Assembly: GCA_016280825.1 (NCBI GenBank)
Contig: JAEEHL010000009.1
Location: 1-56,588 of the forward strand
DNA: 56,588 nucleotides
Reading direction: 5' to 3'
Source of the DNA: Verrucomicrobiota bacterium
GTDB lineage: Bacteria; Verrucomicrobiota; Kiritimatiellia; RFP12; UBA1067
A model generated the notes under the pieces. That model had not been told where the DNA came from. It saw nothing but the letters and a program-made list of their open reading frames with translations, and made no database searches. Positions 26,092 to 36,526 of the stretch are shown here, in pieces (within the stretch, counting starts at the first letter, position 1; every line of letters begins with the position of its first letter). The position numbers and the translations under genes were made by a program.

Positions 26092-27159
26092 CTACGGATA
26101 TACGTACCAATTTACTACCTGCCTGGGCAACTTTTTCCTAAGTTCGTAAAGCCTCCCGAGCTTTACCGCCCCGCTGGCGAATACTAGGCATGTATCCTGC
26201 TGCTGGAGCTTTACATTCTCTCCTGCTCCAAAGGTCTTTTCGACTAGCTTTGGCTCGGTGCTTGAAGTGTCTGACCAGTCAGCATCGATGACGGTGATCC
26301 TGTCCTCGTTAGGCGAGTTGCCAAGCTTGATCTCGACAGGCTGCGCAAGACGCATCTTCCTGTCCTTCCACGCCTCAAGCGGGAGGAAGGACGAATAGAA
26401 GAACTGGCCAGGGACAAAACCGTTGACCTTCGTACGCGGCGAATCTATCGCCCTCAGCGCCTTTGCGATCTCGATCGCCTCCGAAAGCCTGAGGTCTGGA
26501 GAGAAGTCCGGGATGACGGAAAGAGGTTTCGCGGCCGCCCTTTCGCGCATTGCCTTAAACGTCGAGACCGCCGACTCAGCCGATGAGAACTTTGCGGCAT
26601 ACGGCTCGTCGGCGGAATCGGGCACAAGCGTAAACTTGAATTCCACCTTCTCGCCCTTCTTTAGCTTCTTTTTCGCCTTGAACCTGCCGTATGTCGGCGA
26701 CTGGTCGAGCGAGTCGTCGAACTGCAGAAGCGACTGCGGTAGGTTGTAGAACGCAAACACCGAAAGCGGCATATTGGTCGCGGCGACGGGAGATCCGTCT
26801 GCATGGCGCGTGCCGCCGGCATATACGACGGCTGGCATGTTCGTGCACCTCAGGTCTGCTATGAAGCCGGATAGGTCGGGCTCGATCTTCACCCTCGGCC
26901 CTACAGGGTAGAACGAACAGAACTTCACCGGCTCGCCCTTCGGGAAGCCCGCCTTTTCGAAAGCGGCGGCAATTTCGCCGACATCCGCCACGGTGGTGAA
27001 CATCGTCTCGTATTCATGGTCTGAACCAGGCCCGAGAAGGAAGAACTCGAGCTCCTGGTCGACGCCGGGATCGACCGAGACGGCCGTGAGTCGAACGCAT
27101 TTCGCCGAGGGGTCCGCGACGACGCCCGCCGCGAACAACGCTGCAAGTAGTATGTTCAT
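26092..27159 (-). CDS. Hypothetical exported protein
   Basis: Signal peptide MNILLAALFAAGVVA. ATGA overlap with the aminotransferase stop. No family recognised. Confidence 0.6.
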   Translation of the reverse strand: MNILLAALFAAGVVADPSAKCVRLTAVSVDPGVDQELEFFLLGPGSDHEYETMFTTVADVGEIAAAFEKAGFPKGEPVKFCSFYPVGPRVKIEPDLSGFIADLRCTNMPAVVYAGGTRHADGSPVAATNMPLSVFAFYNLPQSLLQFDDSLDQSPTYGRFKAKKKLKKGEKVEFKFTLVPDSADEPYAAKFSSAESAVSTFKAMRERAAAKPLSVIPDFSPDLRLSEAIEIAKALRAIDSPRTKVNGFVPGQFFYSSFLPLEAWKDRKMRLAQPVEIKLGNSPNEDRITVIDADWSDTSSTEPKLVEKTFGAGENVKLQQQDTCLVFASGAVKLGRLYELRKKLPRQVVNWYVYP

Positions 27160-28346
27160 TTGAGCCTTTCCACCGCCCTTTTGAAGCCGTCGGCGCTTCG
27201 CCTGATGATCTTTTCGTCAACGCTGCACGAAAGCCGGATGTAGCCGGCGAACCCGAACCCCCTTCCGGGCACTACGAGGATGTTCTCCTCGAGAAGCGCC
27301 TGGACGAACTCGGCGTCGTCCGGGACGGGGCTCTTTGCAAAGAAGTAGAAAGCGCCCTTCGGCATCTCGAACTCTATGCCCGCGCTGGAGAGGACCTCCG
27401 CCATGAGGTTGCGGCGCCTAAGGTATATGTCGAGGTCGACCGTCTCGTCGACGAGCGCCGCGGCGAGACGCTGGCCGATTACAGGGGCGTTCACGAAGCC
27501 GAGCGTGCGCGTTGAAAGCGCAACCGCCGCGACGAGCGTGTCGCCGTCGGGCATTTCGGGATGGACGAGGAAGTAGCCGATTCGCTCGCCCGCAAGCGAG
27601 AGGGTCTTCGAGAAGCTCCCCGCCACGCACGCGAACTTCGTAAGCGGCAGCGCCGCGGGCACCTTCGCGCCGTCGTAGGCGAAGGCCCTGTACGGCTCGT
27701 CGAAAAGGAGGAAGAGCGGCCTGGTGCGGTTGGCGTTCACGTTCTCGACGAGGTCGGCAATCTGGCGAAGGGTCTCTTCGTCGTAGATTGCGCCGGTCGG
27801 GTTGTTGGGCGAATTGAGGATGATCGCGCGCGTCTTAGGCGTAATCGCGGCGGCTATGGCGCGAACGTCGGGCGCAAACGTCGGGGGAATCGAGGGAACG
27901 GCCTTGAGGACGCCGCCAAAGTGCCCCGCGTACGCGCCGTACTCCACGAAATACGGCGCAGGCGTCACGACTTCGTCGCCCGGCTCGATCACTGACCTGA
28001 AGAAGCTCACAAGCGCGCCCGCCGCGCCGACGGTCATCACGACGTCCTTGCCCTGCACGGGCGTTTCCTGCTGGACCGAAAGGTGCCGCGCCATCGCCTC
28101 TCGCACGTCGGGTATGCCGGCGTTCGGGCAGTAGCCGAGCCCAAGCGGGCGGACGGCCTCGTCTGCAATGCGCTTCCGGGCCGCGCAGGTCGCCGCTGGC
28201 GGCGGGACGTCGGGGTTGCCGAGGGAGAAGTCGCAGACCGCCTCCTCGCCGAACTCCCTCTTGAGCTCAAGCCCCTTCTCGAACATCTTCCTAATCCAGC
28301 TCGACGACGCCATCGAGTTCTTAACGGCTGTTGTGACCGTCTGCAT
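27156..28346 (-). CDS. Class I/II pyridoxal-phosphate-dependent aminotransferase
   Basis: Motifs NSPNNPTG and SFSKTLSLAGERIGY (PLP lysine). I use the internal ATG at 28346 of ORF 27156..28877 because the upstream part overlaps the aminopeptidase gene. Confidence 0.85.
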   Translation of the reverse strand: MQTVTTAVKNSMASSSWIRKMFEKGLELKREFGEEAVCDFSLGNPDVPPPAATCAARKRIADEAVRPLGLGYCPNAGIPDVREAMARHLSVQQETPVQGKDVVMTVGAAGALVSFFRSVIEPGDEVVTPAPYFVEYGAYAGHFGGVLKAVPSIPPTFAPDVRAIAAAITPKTRAIILNSPNNPTGAIYDEETLRQIADLVENVNANRTRPLFLLFDEPYRAFAYDGAKVPAALPLTKFACVAGSFSKTLSLAGERIGYFLVHPEMPDGDTLVAAVALSTRTLGFVNAPVIGQRLAAALVDETVDLDIYLRRRNLMAEVLSSAGIEFEMPKGAFYFFAKSPVPDDAEFVQALLEENILVVPGRGFGFAGYIRLSCSVDEKIIRRSADGFKRAVERLK

Positions 28347-28348
28347 GG

Positions 28349-29695
28349 TCAATCCCTCAGATATGCGCTGTAGGCGCGGTAGGTCTGCCAGCAGTCGAAC
28401 TTCGACGCAAGCTCCCACGGCGCGTGCATGTTCCAAAGCCCCGTGCCCATGTCTAGCACCTTCATGCCGAATCTCGCCATGTACTGCGAAATCGTGCCGC
28501 CGCCGCCCTTCTCCATCCTCCCGAGTTCGGCCATCTGCCAGACGACGCCGTTTTCGTCGAGTATGCGGCGGATCTCCGCCACGAACTCCGGTGCGCAGTC
28601 GCTCGCGCCTCCCTTTGACGTGCCGCCGGTGTATTTCGAGGCGCAGGGTCCCTTGTGGAAGCGCGCCTTGTTGCCGGTGGAGTCGACGTCGGGGAAATGG
28701 GGGTCGGCGATCGCCGTCACGTCGGCCGAAAGCATCGTCGACTTTTCGAGGGCGCGCCTCGTCATGATGTCCCTCGCGCCCTTCTCCTGGAGCTCGATGA
28801 GCTCCGCCACCGTGTTCTCGAAGAAGGAGCTTTGCATCCCCGTCGCGCCCATGGAGCCCACTTCCTCCTTGTCGCACATGAGAATCGAGGCCGTCACGCG
28901 CGGGGGCTTCTCCGCCGCGACGTCGGCAAGCGCCATAAGCCCAGCAAACGAGCAGACCCGGTCGTCGTGCCCATAGCCCGCGATGAGCGACCTGTCGAAA
29001 CCGACTTCTCGCGGCATTCCCGCAGGCACTATCTCGAGCTCGGCCGAAAGAAGGTCCTCCTCGTCGATCTTGTAGGTCTTCTTAAGGTATTCGACAAGGC
29101 CCTTCTTGTCGCCCTTCTCCTCGTCCTTCCCTGGGCGAGTCCAGCAGACGACGTCAAGGTCTTCTGCGGGGAAGAAGTCGTCGCGCTTCTTCTCGGCCTG
29201 GTCCTTGCCGAGATGCGGCAGTATGTCGCTTATCATGAACACGGGGTCTCCCGGCCTGTCTCCCACTTCGATCTCCACGACCTCGCCGTTCTTCCTGACG
29301 ACGACACCGTAGAGCGCAAGCGGCAGCACGAGCCACTGGTACTTCTTGATCCCGCCGTAGATGTGGGTGTCCAAATAGACGTAGCCGCCCTTCTCGAAGA
29401 GCGGGATGGGCTTAAGGTCGAGGCGCGGCGCGTCAGTGTGACCGCCAACGACCCTGAGCCCCGTCGAGGAGATCGGCGATGTTCCGACGACTGCCGCCAT
29501 GAGCGTTCGCCCGCCGCAGCCGCGGTAGACCTTGTCGCCTGGCTTAAGGGCCTTGAAGGTCGAAATCTCCCTGAAGCCGCGCTTTTTCAGCATTTCGACG
29601 CTTCTCGAATAGCTGCGGCGTTCCGTCTTTGCGTAGCCGAGGTAGTCTAGGTACTCCCGGCAGTACGATTCTTTCGTCATGAATTTTTTCTTCAT
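28349..29695 (-). CDS. M18 family aminopeptidase
   Basis: GGHTDAPRLDLKP, HIYGGIKKYQW and ISDILPHLGKDQ match the M18 (aspartyl/aminopeptidase I) pattern. Confidence 0.8.
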   Translation of the reverse strand: MKKKFMTKESYCREYLDYLGYAKTERRSYSRSVEMLKKRGFREISTFKALKPGDKVYRGCGGRTLMAAVVGTSPISSTGLRVVGGHTDAPRLDLKPIPLFEKGGYVYLDTHIYGGIKKYQWLVLPLALYGVVVRKNGEVVEIEVGDRPGDPVFMISDILPHLGKDQAEKKRDDFFPAEDLDVVCWTRPGKDEEKGDKKGLVEYLKKTYKIDEEDLLSAELEIVPAGMPREVGFDRSLIAGYGHDDRVCSFAGLMALADVAAEKPPRVTASILMCDKEEVGSMGATGMQSSFFENTVAELIELQEKGARDIMTRRALEKSTMLSADVTAIADPHFPDVDSTGNKARFHKGPCASKYTGGTSKGGASDCAPEFVAEIRRILDENGVVWQMAELGRMEKGGGGTISQYMARFGMKVLDMGTGLWNMHAPWELASKFDCWQTYRAYSAYLRD

Positions 29696-29701
29696 GAGCG
29701 T

Positions 29702-29710
29702 ATTATATCA
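29702..29710 (-). promoter_or_regulatory. Extended -10 promoter TGATATAAT (minus strand) for the M18 aminopeptidase operon
   Basis: The reverse complement reads TTTTGATATAATACGCTCATG, so the ATG (29695) is 6 nt after the hexamer (leaderless geometry). Confidence 0.55.
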
Positions 29711-29739
29711 AAATCCCGCGCCTGAGCAAAGGGAGTTTT

Positions 29740-30978
29740 TCATTTCCCGACGCAAAAACGGGAGAAGAGCATGTCCAGCATGTCGGCAGAATACGTTGCC
29801 CCTGCGATTCGTCCGAGAATGTCGGCGCAAGTGCGCACCGAATTGGCGGGAACCACCATGTCGCGCCAGTCGCGGCCACGTTCCAGCGCCTCCTTCGCCG
29901 CCATAAGCGAATCTATTGCGCGGCAGTCCGTGCGCGGCTGCAGGACCGAGACGCGGGCGGCAATAGCATTGCGCAGCTCGTCCAGGCCTTCGCCTGTCTT
30001 CGACGAAACGTTAAGCCCATCTCCGCGGGAGATGTCGCACTTGGAATGCACCTTGAGCGCTCCGGGAATGTCCGCATCCAGCGCAAGCACGACGTCGGCT
30101 GCAGCCGCGAGGTCGCGCGCCCTTCTCACGCCCTCCCTTTCGATTTCCCCTTCGGCTTCCCGGATCCCGGCGGTATCCGCAAGCCTTACCGGGTATCCGC
30201 CGAGGTCAATCCACCCATCGATGGAATCGCGCGTCGTGCCGGGCGTCGCCGAGACAATTGCCCTGTCTTCGCCAAGAAGCGCGTTCAGCAGGGAGCTCTT
30301 TCCCGCATTTGGCGGGCCGGCTATTACGACAAGTGCGCCGTCCTGCATAAGCCTGCCACGCCGCGCCTCGTCTGCCGCTCTAGCGACGCCCTTTGCGAGA
30401 GCGTCATACGACGACTTGCAGGACGAAACGAACTCTTCCACGAGGTCAGAATCGTCGACGTCGAGAGAATGCTCCATTTCCGCAGAGAGGTCGAGTGCTT
30501 CCCTGTACAGTTCTGCGAGAGCCGCCCTGCGGCGGCCATCGAGCCGGGAAAGCGCATCGTCCGCGGCGGCGGAAGTGCGGGCGTTGACGAGATCCAGCAC
30601 GGCCTCGGCCCCCTCGTAGTCGATTTTGCCGTTCAGGTATGCCCTCTCGGTGAATTCGCCCCTCCGTGCAAGCCTCGCCCCGGCCTCGAAGCACGCCTCG
30701 AGAACGCGGCGAGGCGCGACCGAGCCACCATGGCAGTGGAATTCCACTACATCCTCGCCCGTATATGACCTTGGCGAGACGAATGGCAGGCAAAGCGCCT
30801 CGTCGAGGATTCCCCCCTTGGCATTCCGTAGCCTTGCAAGGCGCGCCCGCCCATGCTCGGGCTCGATGCTCGCAAGGCGCTTCAGCACCTTGAATGCATC
30901 TGGCCCGCTGACCCTGACTATCGCAACGCCAGCACGCCCAGGGGCCGTCGCCGTCGCCGCTATTGTATCGCGCATCAT
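29740..30978 (-). CDS. mnmE: tRNA uridine-5-carboxymethylaminomethyl modification GTPase MnmE
   Basis: The N-terminus [23 protein letters not shown]-domain [12 protein letters not shown] / DTAGIRE and C-terminal FCVGK are diagnostic. Confidence 0.95.
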   Translation of the reverse strand: MMRDTIAATATAPGRAGVAIVRVSGPDAFKVLKRLASIEPEHGRARLARLRNAKGGILDEALCLPFVSPRSYTGEDVVEFHCHGGSVAPRRVLEACFEAGARLARRGEFTERAYLNGKIDYEGAEAVLDLVNARTSAAADDALSRLDGRRRAALAELYREALDLSAEMEHSLDVDDSDLVEEFVSSCKSSYDALAKGVARAADEARRGRLMQDGALVVIAGPPNAGKSSLLNALLGEDRAIVSATPGTTRDSIDGWIDLGGYPVRLADTAGIREAEGEIEREGVRRARDLAAAADVVLALDADIPGALKVHSKCDISRGDGLNVSSKTGEGLDELRNAIAARVSVLQPRTDCRAIDSLMAAKEALERGRDWRDMVVPANSVRTCADILGRIAGATYSADMLDMLFSRFCVGK

Positions 30979-33900
30979 TTAACCGTAATAGCCAGCCCGC
31001 TCGGCAGCCAGACAATCTGGCCGCCCTCGCTGTCGTCGACGGTCCCGGCCCAGCCCCTGCGGTTCTTGTGCCTGTGCGAGCGGATGTAGAGCGTATTGCC
31101 GCGAAGGATAATCCTGCCGCCGGACTCAAGCGAGACGTCGTTGACCGTTGCGTCCGCAATAAGGTTGATCTTGCCGGAGTTCTTCACGACGAAATCGCAC
31201 GTCTTCAGCACCTTCGCGTTGTCGCCGCCCCTTGAGGTATCAACCGGCAGATCCGCGCCGTAGATGCCGCTGGCGCCCGTCCCATTGTCGTCAAGGACGA
31301 TGCGCGGGGACGCCCCTGGCACAATCCATGTTACCGAGCCTGCGCTGCCGCCGGGCGCAGTCATCACGCCGGTAGACCTTCTGTAGCACCCGCCATATGC
31401 CGTTGCAGAGCCAGTATAGCCCGAGAAGTCCCCGGCCGTCGTCCTTTCTATCGCGATGCGCCCGCCGCCGCCGAGAAGGTTGGAATAAGTGTCGTCGGTG
31501 CCGTTTCCGCCGCGCGCATAGATGCCGCCCTTGCCTGCCAGGCTGCCGCACTTTATCCAGACGCTGCCGCCCGATGCGCTGTAGTGGCTGCCGCTCGTAG
31601 TGCCGTCTGCGGAAACTGTGCCCTCGTGGTACAGCTCGCCCCCGACGACAAGCTTCACAACGCCGCCGCCCACAGTGCCATTGCCGTTCTTGCCGCCGGA
31701 TCCATACGTCGTGGGCGCGACAAACGAGCCATAGCATCTTCTGATGTCGGAATACCCGTTAAGCGGCGATCCGCAGCCGCCGTGCGAAGCGCCGACGGAG
31801 ACCTGCCCAGGCGTTGCCGTGCCGTTTGCGTTAGAGAATCCCCTGCCGCTCACGTTTATCTTGCCAAGCGCGCTTATGTACATGTCGCCCGCGACGGAAA
31901 GGTCGACCTTGTACGTTCCGGAAGCGCCTATCGAAGTATGCGTGATCGTGCCTCCGTCGTCGACCATGCAGTACCCGCCGACCGTCGCGGGAACGTCGAG
32001 CGTAAGGGTGGCGTTCGTGCCTACGTAGAGCGGCCCGCCGATGGCAAGGCTGCCGTTCGCCCTGAACGAAACGGCCGAAGCGCCGCCGCCGAGGAAAAGC
32101 CCGCCTACCTCCGTGTCCGAGGATATCGTTATCGTCGCGGCAGAGGATATTTCGGCAACGTCGTTCGCGCCCGGCGCGACGCCGCCCGCCCAGTTGTTCC
32201 CGTTCGCGAATACGGAATCATTGCCTTCGCCCGTCCATACGAAAAGCCCCGTGCCGAAGTCGCAGTTGTAGTTGCCTTCCCCCTCGAAGAACGGCGCGGC
32301 GACATAGAGCGTACTGCCGGCCCTCGCGTCGACTCCGGCGAGGCTCACGCCCTTCGCGCGGGCGAACTTTGCCGCGTCAAGCGACAGCGCGCCTGAAATG
32401 ACGAGACCGACGGCAGAGCCGACGGTGCCGTCCGCGACAAAGGAGTTTGCCGAAAGCGCCGCCCCGCTCGCGAACGCAACGGACGCCTGACCCGACATCG
32501 AAAGCGCGTCGCCAACACTTGCCGAGCCGCTCCAGACGACGTTGCCGCCCGTCTTGGCGAACTGGAGCTTCCAGAATTGAGCGTCGAGGCTTATCGTCTG
32601 GTCGGAATCGCCGGATATGACGAACGTGCTTCTCGCGGGGACAAGGGAACCTGCCGCCATCACGACGTTCGCGGCGGAGACGTCTATGCGCTCCTTCCCG
32701 CTCGCCACGATCTGGCCCTGGACATTCAGGGAACCTGTGACGGCGAGGTTGTCGCCGGAAAGTACGAGCTTCGCGCCCGATTCGATGCTAAGCCCGGAAA
32801 GCTCGACGTCTGTAGGAAGCTCTGGGTCGTTTTCCGTCGCGGGGATTATCACGTTGTCCGTCGAAAGCGGCGCGCGCTCAAGGCTCCAGTTGGTCGTCTC
32901 CTGCCAGTTTGAGTCTGTCGTGCCGAGCCACGTGTTCTCCTGGCCCACTTCCACCTGGAGAAACCTCCAGTTCGTGCAGGTCTCCGGAGTGCTCTCGGCA
33001 GAGTCCGTGGCGACGATCTCCTCGCCCGTGGAGGCGTTGGAGTATTCCGCCGTGACGTATCTAACGTTGTAGGAGGTTAGTCCAGTCACGGGCACTTTGA
33101 GCTTCCACTCCTCGCCCGCGACGGCAGGGCGCAGGTTGAGCTTCGTCGTCTCGTCGCCCGTCAGGGTGAAGGTGCCGCTGCTCGCGATCGTAAGCGAGTT
33201 CGTGGTGCCGGTGCCGAAGTAGAGCGTCTTCCCGGGAACTTCGCAGACAAACGAGGCGAAGGTGTTGTTCCCGTAGAAATATGCGTCTGCAAGGCCGTTG
33301 ACCACTACCCCGCCCGAAGCGGCGCAGGTGAATGTCGCGTTTGCCATGGTCTTCCAGCCGCGGACTATGTTCATTATCGCCCCGGACAAGTTGAGCTTCG
33401 CCTTGTTGACGACGACATCGCCCACGTCGAAATCGCTGACTGCCGTAACCTGCGAGCTACCGCCGACCATTATGTCCGTATATTGGTCGGTAGTCAGGTT
33501 CCTTACTATGAGAGTGCCTTCGTTGTCCGCCTGGTCGCCCGTCTTAAGGTAGATGGTGCCTGCGCCGCCCTTGCACGTGCCGTTGTTGTACTTGCCGCCG
33601 TACGCGGTTATGTTGTCGATGTTGAAGTTGCTGAAGTCCGCGCCGCTTCCCGTAAGCCAGATTGCGATTCGCCCGCCGCCGCCTGGCGAGACGTTCGTGG
33701 CGTGATTCTGGTTGCCGCCATTTGCCGCTATCGTTCCCGTGCCGGATATGGAGGCGCCCGTAAGCCAGATACTGCCGCCAGAGCCGCATCTGTAGTTGAC
33801 TGTCGAGCCATTGCACGTAATTGAGCCGTTTATCGTCATCGCCCCGGTTGCGGTTATGCGTATCGCGCCGCCGCCATTGCCGCTTTTTGTGCCATTGCCG

Positions 33901-35588
33901 GCCGAGCCGTAGTGCGTCGGCCGCCTTATGGACCCGTAGCAGCATGCCCCGCCGCCAAAGGCGCGGCCGCCGTACGCTCCGCCCTGGCCGCCCGTCTTGC
34001 CCTTCGTTTCGTTTCCTCGCCCGGACGCCGTGACGGTGCCGCCCGAATCAAGCGTGAAAGCCCCTGCGATATTGAGGTTCATCCTTGTGGACGCGCCTGA
34101 AAGATGCGAGAGCGTGCCTCCAGAGGCGATGCGCACTGACCCGTTAACCTGCGCGCTCGCGTCTACGTAGAGCTTCTGCCCGGAACCCACTACAAGCGTC
34201 TCGTCGCCGTTCGCGCCTACTGATATGGTCGCCCCCGAGGAGCGAAACAAGAGCGGGACGTCCGGCATTCCGTGGATGAGCTTTGCCGTCGTGGTGGAGC
34301 CGATCTCCAGCCCGCCCATCACGGTAAGCGACGAGTTTGACTCCTGCACGATTTCAGGCAGGTCGTAGGTTCTTCCTATGTCGAGCTTTGCCTTCGCCTC
34401 TGGGCGGAAGATTATCTTCTTCGGCGTGACGTCGAATATGGAGCTTGAAAGGATGGTCGTCTGGTCATACGACGTCTTGTCGCTCGCGAATCCGCCTTCG
34501 CACCCGTCGATTATGAGAGTGCCGCACTTGGCGCCATCCGCCTTTTCCTCGATGTAGATGGTTCCGCCGGAGCCGTCGCCTGCGGCAGATGATCCCGTCT
34601 TGCCGCCAAGCTTCGCCTTCACCGTGCCCGTGAACGATGAAAACGCCGCGCCCGTACCAGTAAGTATGATTGCGATGCGCCCGCCGCCGCCGCCGATGTC
34701 ATAGCCGGTATTCTGTCCGGTGCCGCCGTTTGCGTTAAGCGTTCCCGTTCCAGTCAGCGTGGCCGCCGTAAGGAAAATGCTGCCGCCCGAGCCGGTATGG
34801 TAACTCCCGGGGTCGGCGCCAGTCACGTCAATCGTGCCGTTGACGACCATGTCGCCCCCTGCCGTTATCTTTATCGCGCCGCCGCCCCCGCCGTTTCGCC
34901 CGCCGGAGCCGATGGTAATGGGCCCCGAGACAATGCCGTAGCACTTGATTGTATTGGCCTTTGTCTGGAAGTAGCTGCCGCTACCGCCATGTGCGGCGCA
35001 GTCGTTCGACGATGCTCCGCCTGGGCCCTGCTGAGAAGGGAAGCCCTTTGCCTTCAGGTCCACAGTTGCGCCCGCGCCAATCGTCACGTCGCCGCCTGCC
35101 TCGACAAGCAGCCGGAAAACGCCATATCCCAATTTATATGCATTTGTATTCTTCTTCGCATTAGTGTCGAAAATCGAGTTCCCGGATGTTGTCCATTTGC
35201 CAGAGTTGACGATTATATCGCCTGTGGCCTTGAGGACTCGCGTTTCGCCGCTGTCCTCCGTATAGCCGTAGATTGTGGTGCTCATCCCGCTCTTCTTGCC
35301 GGTCTTGAACGTGACTGTGCCGGTGTAGCCGTCCTGCTCCCACGAATTGACGTAGATGTTGAGGTCCCACGTCATCGCGGCAGTTCCCGAGGTAAGGTGG
35401 ATGTCGTCGCCGTTTGTAGGCGCGGCAGTCGAGACGACAGTCAGCCCCGCGTCGTCGCACCAGCTGCCTGCCGTGGACGCATTGGCGCCTGCCGCGCCCG
35501 TCCAGTACTTGTCGGCCGAGAATATAGGCAATGCAAAAGCAATTGCAGTAAGAAATGCAAGGTGTTTTAGGCGTATGTATCTATTCAC
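30975..35588 (-). CDS. Giant secreted glycine-rich parallel beta-helix repeat protein (about 1537 aa)
   Basis: Signal peptide [25 protein letters not shown] after SD GGAAAGGG (GTG at 35588; the ORF track starts at TTG 35615). Three modules each end in GGGGRIAI (nt ~34667-34699, 33657-33692, 31449-31485). The stop TGA overlaps the mnmE ATG. Confidence 0.8.
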   Translation of the reverse strand: MNRYIRLKHLAFLTAIAFALPIFSADKYWTGAAGANASTAGSWCDDAGLTVVSTAAPTNGDDIHLTSGTAAMTWDLNIYVNSWEQDGYTGTVTFKTGKKSGMSTTIYGYTEDSGETRVLKATGDIIVNSGKWTTSGNSIFDTNAKKNTNAYKLGYGVFRLLVEAGGDVTIGAGATVDLKAKGFPSQQGPGGASSNDCAAHGGSGSYFQTKANTIKCYGIVSGPITIGSGGRNGGGGGAIKITAGGDMVVNGTIDVTGADPGSYHTGSGGSIFLTAATLTGTGTLNANGGTGQNTGYDIGGGGGRIAIILTGTGAAFSSFTGTVKAKLGGKTGSSAAGDGSGGTIYIEEKADGAKCGTLIIDGCEGGFASDKTSYDQTTILSSSIFDVTPKKIIFRPEAKAKLDIGRTYDLPEIVQESNSSLTVMGGLEIGSTTTAKLIHGMPDVPLLFRSSGATISVGANGDETLVVGSGQKLYVDASAQVNGSVRIASGGTLSHLSGASTRMNLNIAGAFTLDSGGTVTASGRGNETKGKTGGQGGAYGGRAFGGGACCYGSIRRPTHYGSAGNGTKSGNGGGAIRITATGAMTINGSITCNGSTVNYRCGSGGSIWLTGASISGTGTIAANGGNQNHATNVSPGGGGRIAIWLTGSGADFSNFNIDNITAYGGKYNNGTCKGGAGTIYLKTGDQADNEGTLIVRNLTTDQYTDIMVGGSSQVTAVSDFDVGDVVVNKAKLNLSGAIMNIVRGWKTMANATFTCAASGGVVVNGLADAYFYGNNTFASFVCEVPGKTLYFGTGTTNSLTIASSGTFTLTGDETTKLNLRPAVAGEEWKLKVPVTGLTSYNVRYVTAEYSNASTGEEIVATDSAESTPETCTNWRFLQVEVGQENTWLGTTDSNWQETTNWSLERAPLSTDNVIIPATENDPELPTDVELSGLSIESGAKLVLSGDNLAVTGSLNVQGQIVASGKERIDVSAANVVMAAGSLVPARSTFVISGDSDQTISLDAQFWKLQFAKTGGNVVWSGSASVGDALSMSGQASVAFASGAALSANSFVADGTVGSAVGLVISGALSLDAAKFARAKGVSLAGVDARAGSTLYVAAPFFEGEGNYNCDFGTGLFVWTGEGNDSVFANGNNWAGGVAPGANDVAEISSAATITISSDTEVGGLFLGGGASAVSFRANGSLAIGGPLYVGTNATLTLDVPATVGGYCMVDDGGTITHTSIGASGTYKVDLSVAGDMYISALGKINVSGRGFSNANGTATPGQVSVGASHGGCGSPLNGYSDIRRCYGSFVAPTTYGSGGKNGNGTVGGGVVKLVVGGELYHEGTVSADGTTSGSHYSASGGSVWIKCGSLAGKGGIYARGGNGTDDTYSNLLGGGGRIAIERTTAGDFSGYTGSATAYGGCYRRSTGVMTAPGGSAGSVTWIVPGASPRIVLDDNGTGASGIYGADLPVDTSRGGDNAKVLKTCDFVVKNSGKINLIADATVNDVSLESGGRIILRGNTLYIRSHRHKNRRGWAGTVDDSEGGQIVWLPSGLAITVK

Positions 35589-35616
35589 GACAAACCCTTT
35601 CCTATTGTTTGCCAAT

Positions 35617-35646
35617 ATTATACAATATCCACCCCCGCCTTGTCAA
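35617..35646 (-). promoter_or_regulatory. Sigma70 promoter TTGACA-N18-TATAAT for the giant protein gene
   Basis: Reverse complement: TTGACA (35646-35641), 18-nt spacer, TATAAT (35622-35617). Confidence 0.6.
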
Positions 35647-35755
35647 ATTACAAGCCAGGACCTTCGACTTCTCCGTCTTCCCGCCCCAGTTGAGCAGATG
35701 GCGGTCTCCGACAAGCCGCACGATGAAACCAAGGCCGTGCCTTATGGGGAGCCTC

Positions 35756-36490
35756 CTACTTGGCTGGGCGGCGCGGCCGTGGAATGGTGCGTATGCCCAT
35801 CTCCCGCAGCGAGCGATTGCGCTCCTCCCACAAGGCCGGGTCGTTCACTGCCTCAAGCTCGTTCTGCACCCTGCGGTAGATAAGCCGCTCCTCTTCCTGG
35901 CGCTCCTCGAGCCTGCGCATGAACATCGCCGCAGTCCCCTCGCCGTCAGACATGTATTCGCGCAGCTCCTCCTTGATGCCGTTCACAATCGCCTTCAGCT
36001 CCGCGACTTCGCGCGGGTCGGTCTCGTGAAAGACGATCTTGTTCGTCAGGCAGGCCGTCAGCTCGTCTGGCGACCTGAACGAAACGGCCGGGGCCGTAGA
36101 CGAACCGGGCATAGCATACGCCGCGAGATACCGCTCCCCCTTGTTCGTGAACACGCCCGAAAAGCCGTCGGCCGACATCTCGTCTATTATCGCCGGGTCG
36201 CCGTATATCTGGTGGCGCTGCGACAGGTTGCCAGGAGCGCCCTCGATCACCACCGGCCCCGTCTTCGACCTCAGCGCAAGCGCGGCGGAAAGCGCGGCAA
36301 GCGCAACGATGACGAACCAGCGCTTGCCCTTGCCGATCAGCTTGTTGAATAGGCCCGGCGCTTCCACAAGGCGGCTCGGCCTTATCCCGCGCGACTTCAG
36401 GATCGCGTACGCGTCGTCCCTGTCGGCGGCATTGACCATGCCGTCGTGCAGTACGTTGTCGCCTGTGCGATACTGGTAGGTGAACTTCAT
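35756..36490 (-). CDS. Hypothetical bitopic membrane protein with a GspF/PilC-N-terminus-like cytoplasmic domain (P3)
   Basis: MKFTYQYRTGDNVLHDGMVNAADRDDAYAILKSRGIRPSRL, then TM WFVIVALAALSAALAL, then a ~170-aa C-terminal domain. I prefer the ATG at 36490 over the TTG at 36520. Confidence 0.6.
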   Translation of the reverse strand: MKFTYQYRTGDNVLHDGMVNAADRDDAYAILKSRGIRPSRLVEAPGLFNKLIGKGKRWFVIVALAALSAALALRSKTGPVVIEGAPGNLSQRHQIYGDPAIIDEMSADGFSGVFTNKGERYLAAYAMPGSSTAPAVSFRSPDELTACLTNKIVFHETDPREVAELKAIVNGIKEELREYMSDGEGTAAMFMRRLEERQEEERLIYRRVQNELEAVNDPALWEERNRSLREMGIRTIPRPRRPAK

Positions 36491-36526
36491 TCGCCTGCGT
36501 GGGAAGCGCTGGACGGGCAACTGGCC

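Noticed and set aside
27156-28877. Long N-terminal extensions in ORF-track entries (27156..28877, 47800..49503, 38298..39767, 39497..40273, 21428..22396, 7763..8659, 1845..2504, 23328..24299, 24257..25165, 4800..5306).
   Set aside because: The extensions are Arg-rich and overlap the well-supported upstream genes. Internal ATG or GTG starts give family-typical N-termini and canonical 4-nt overlaps or SDs.
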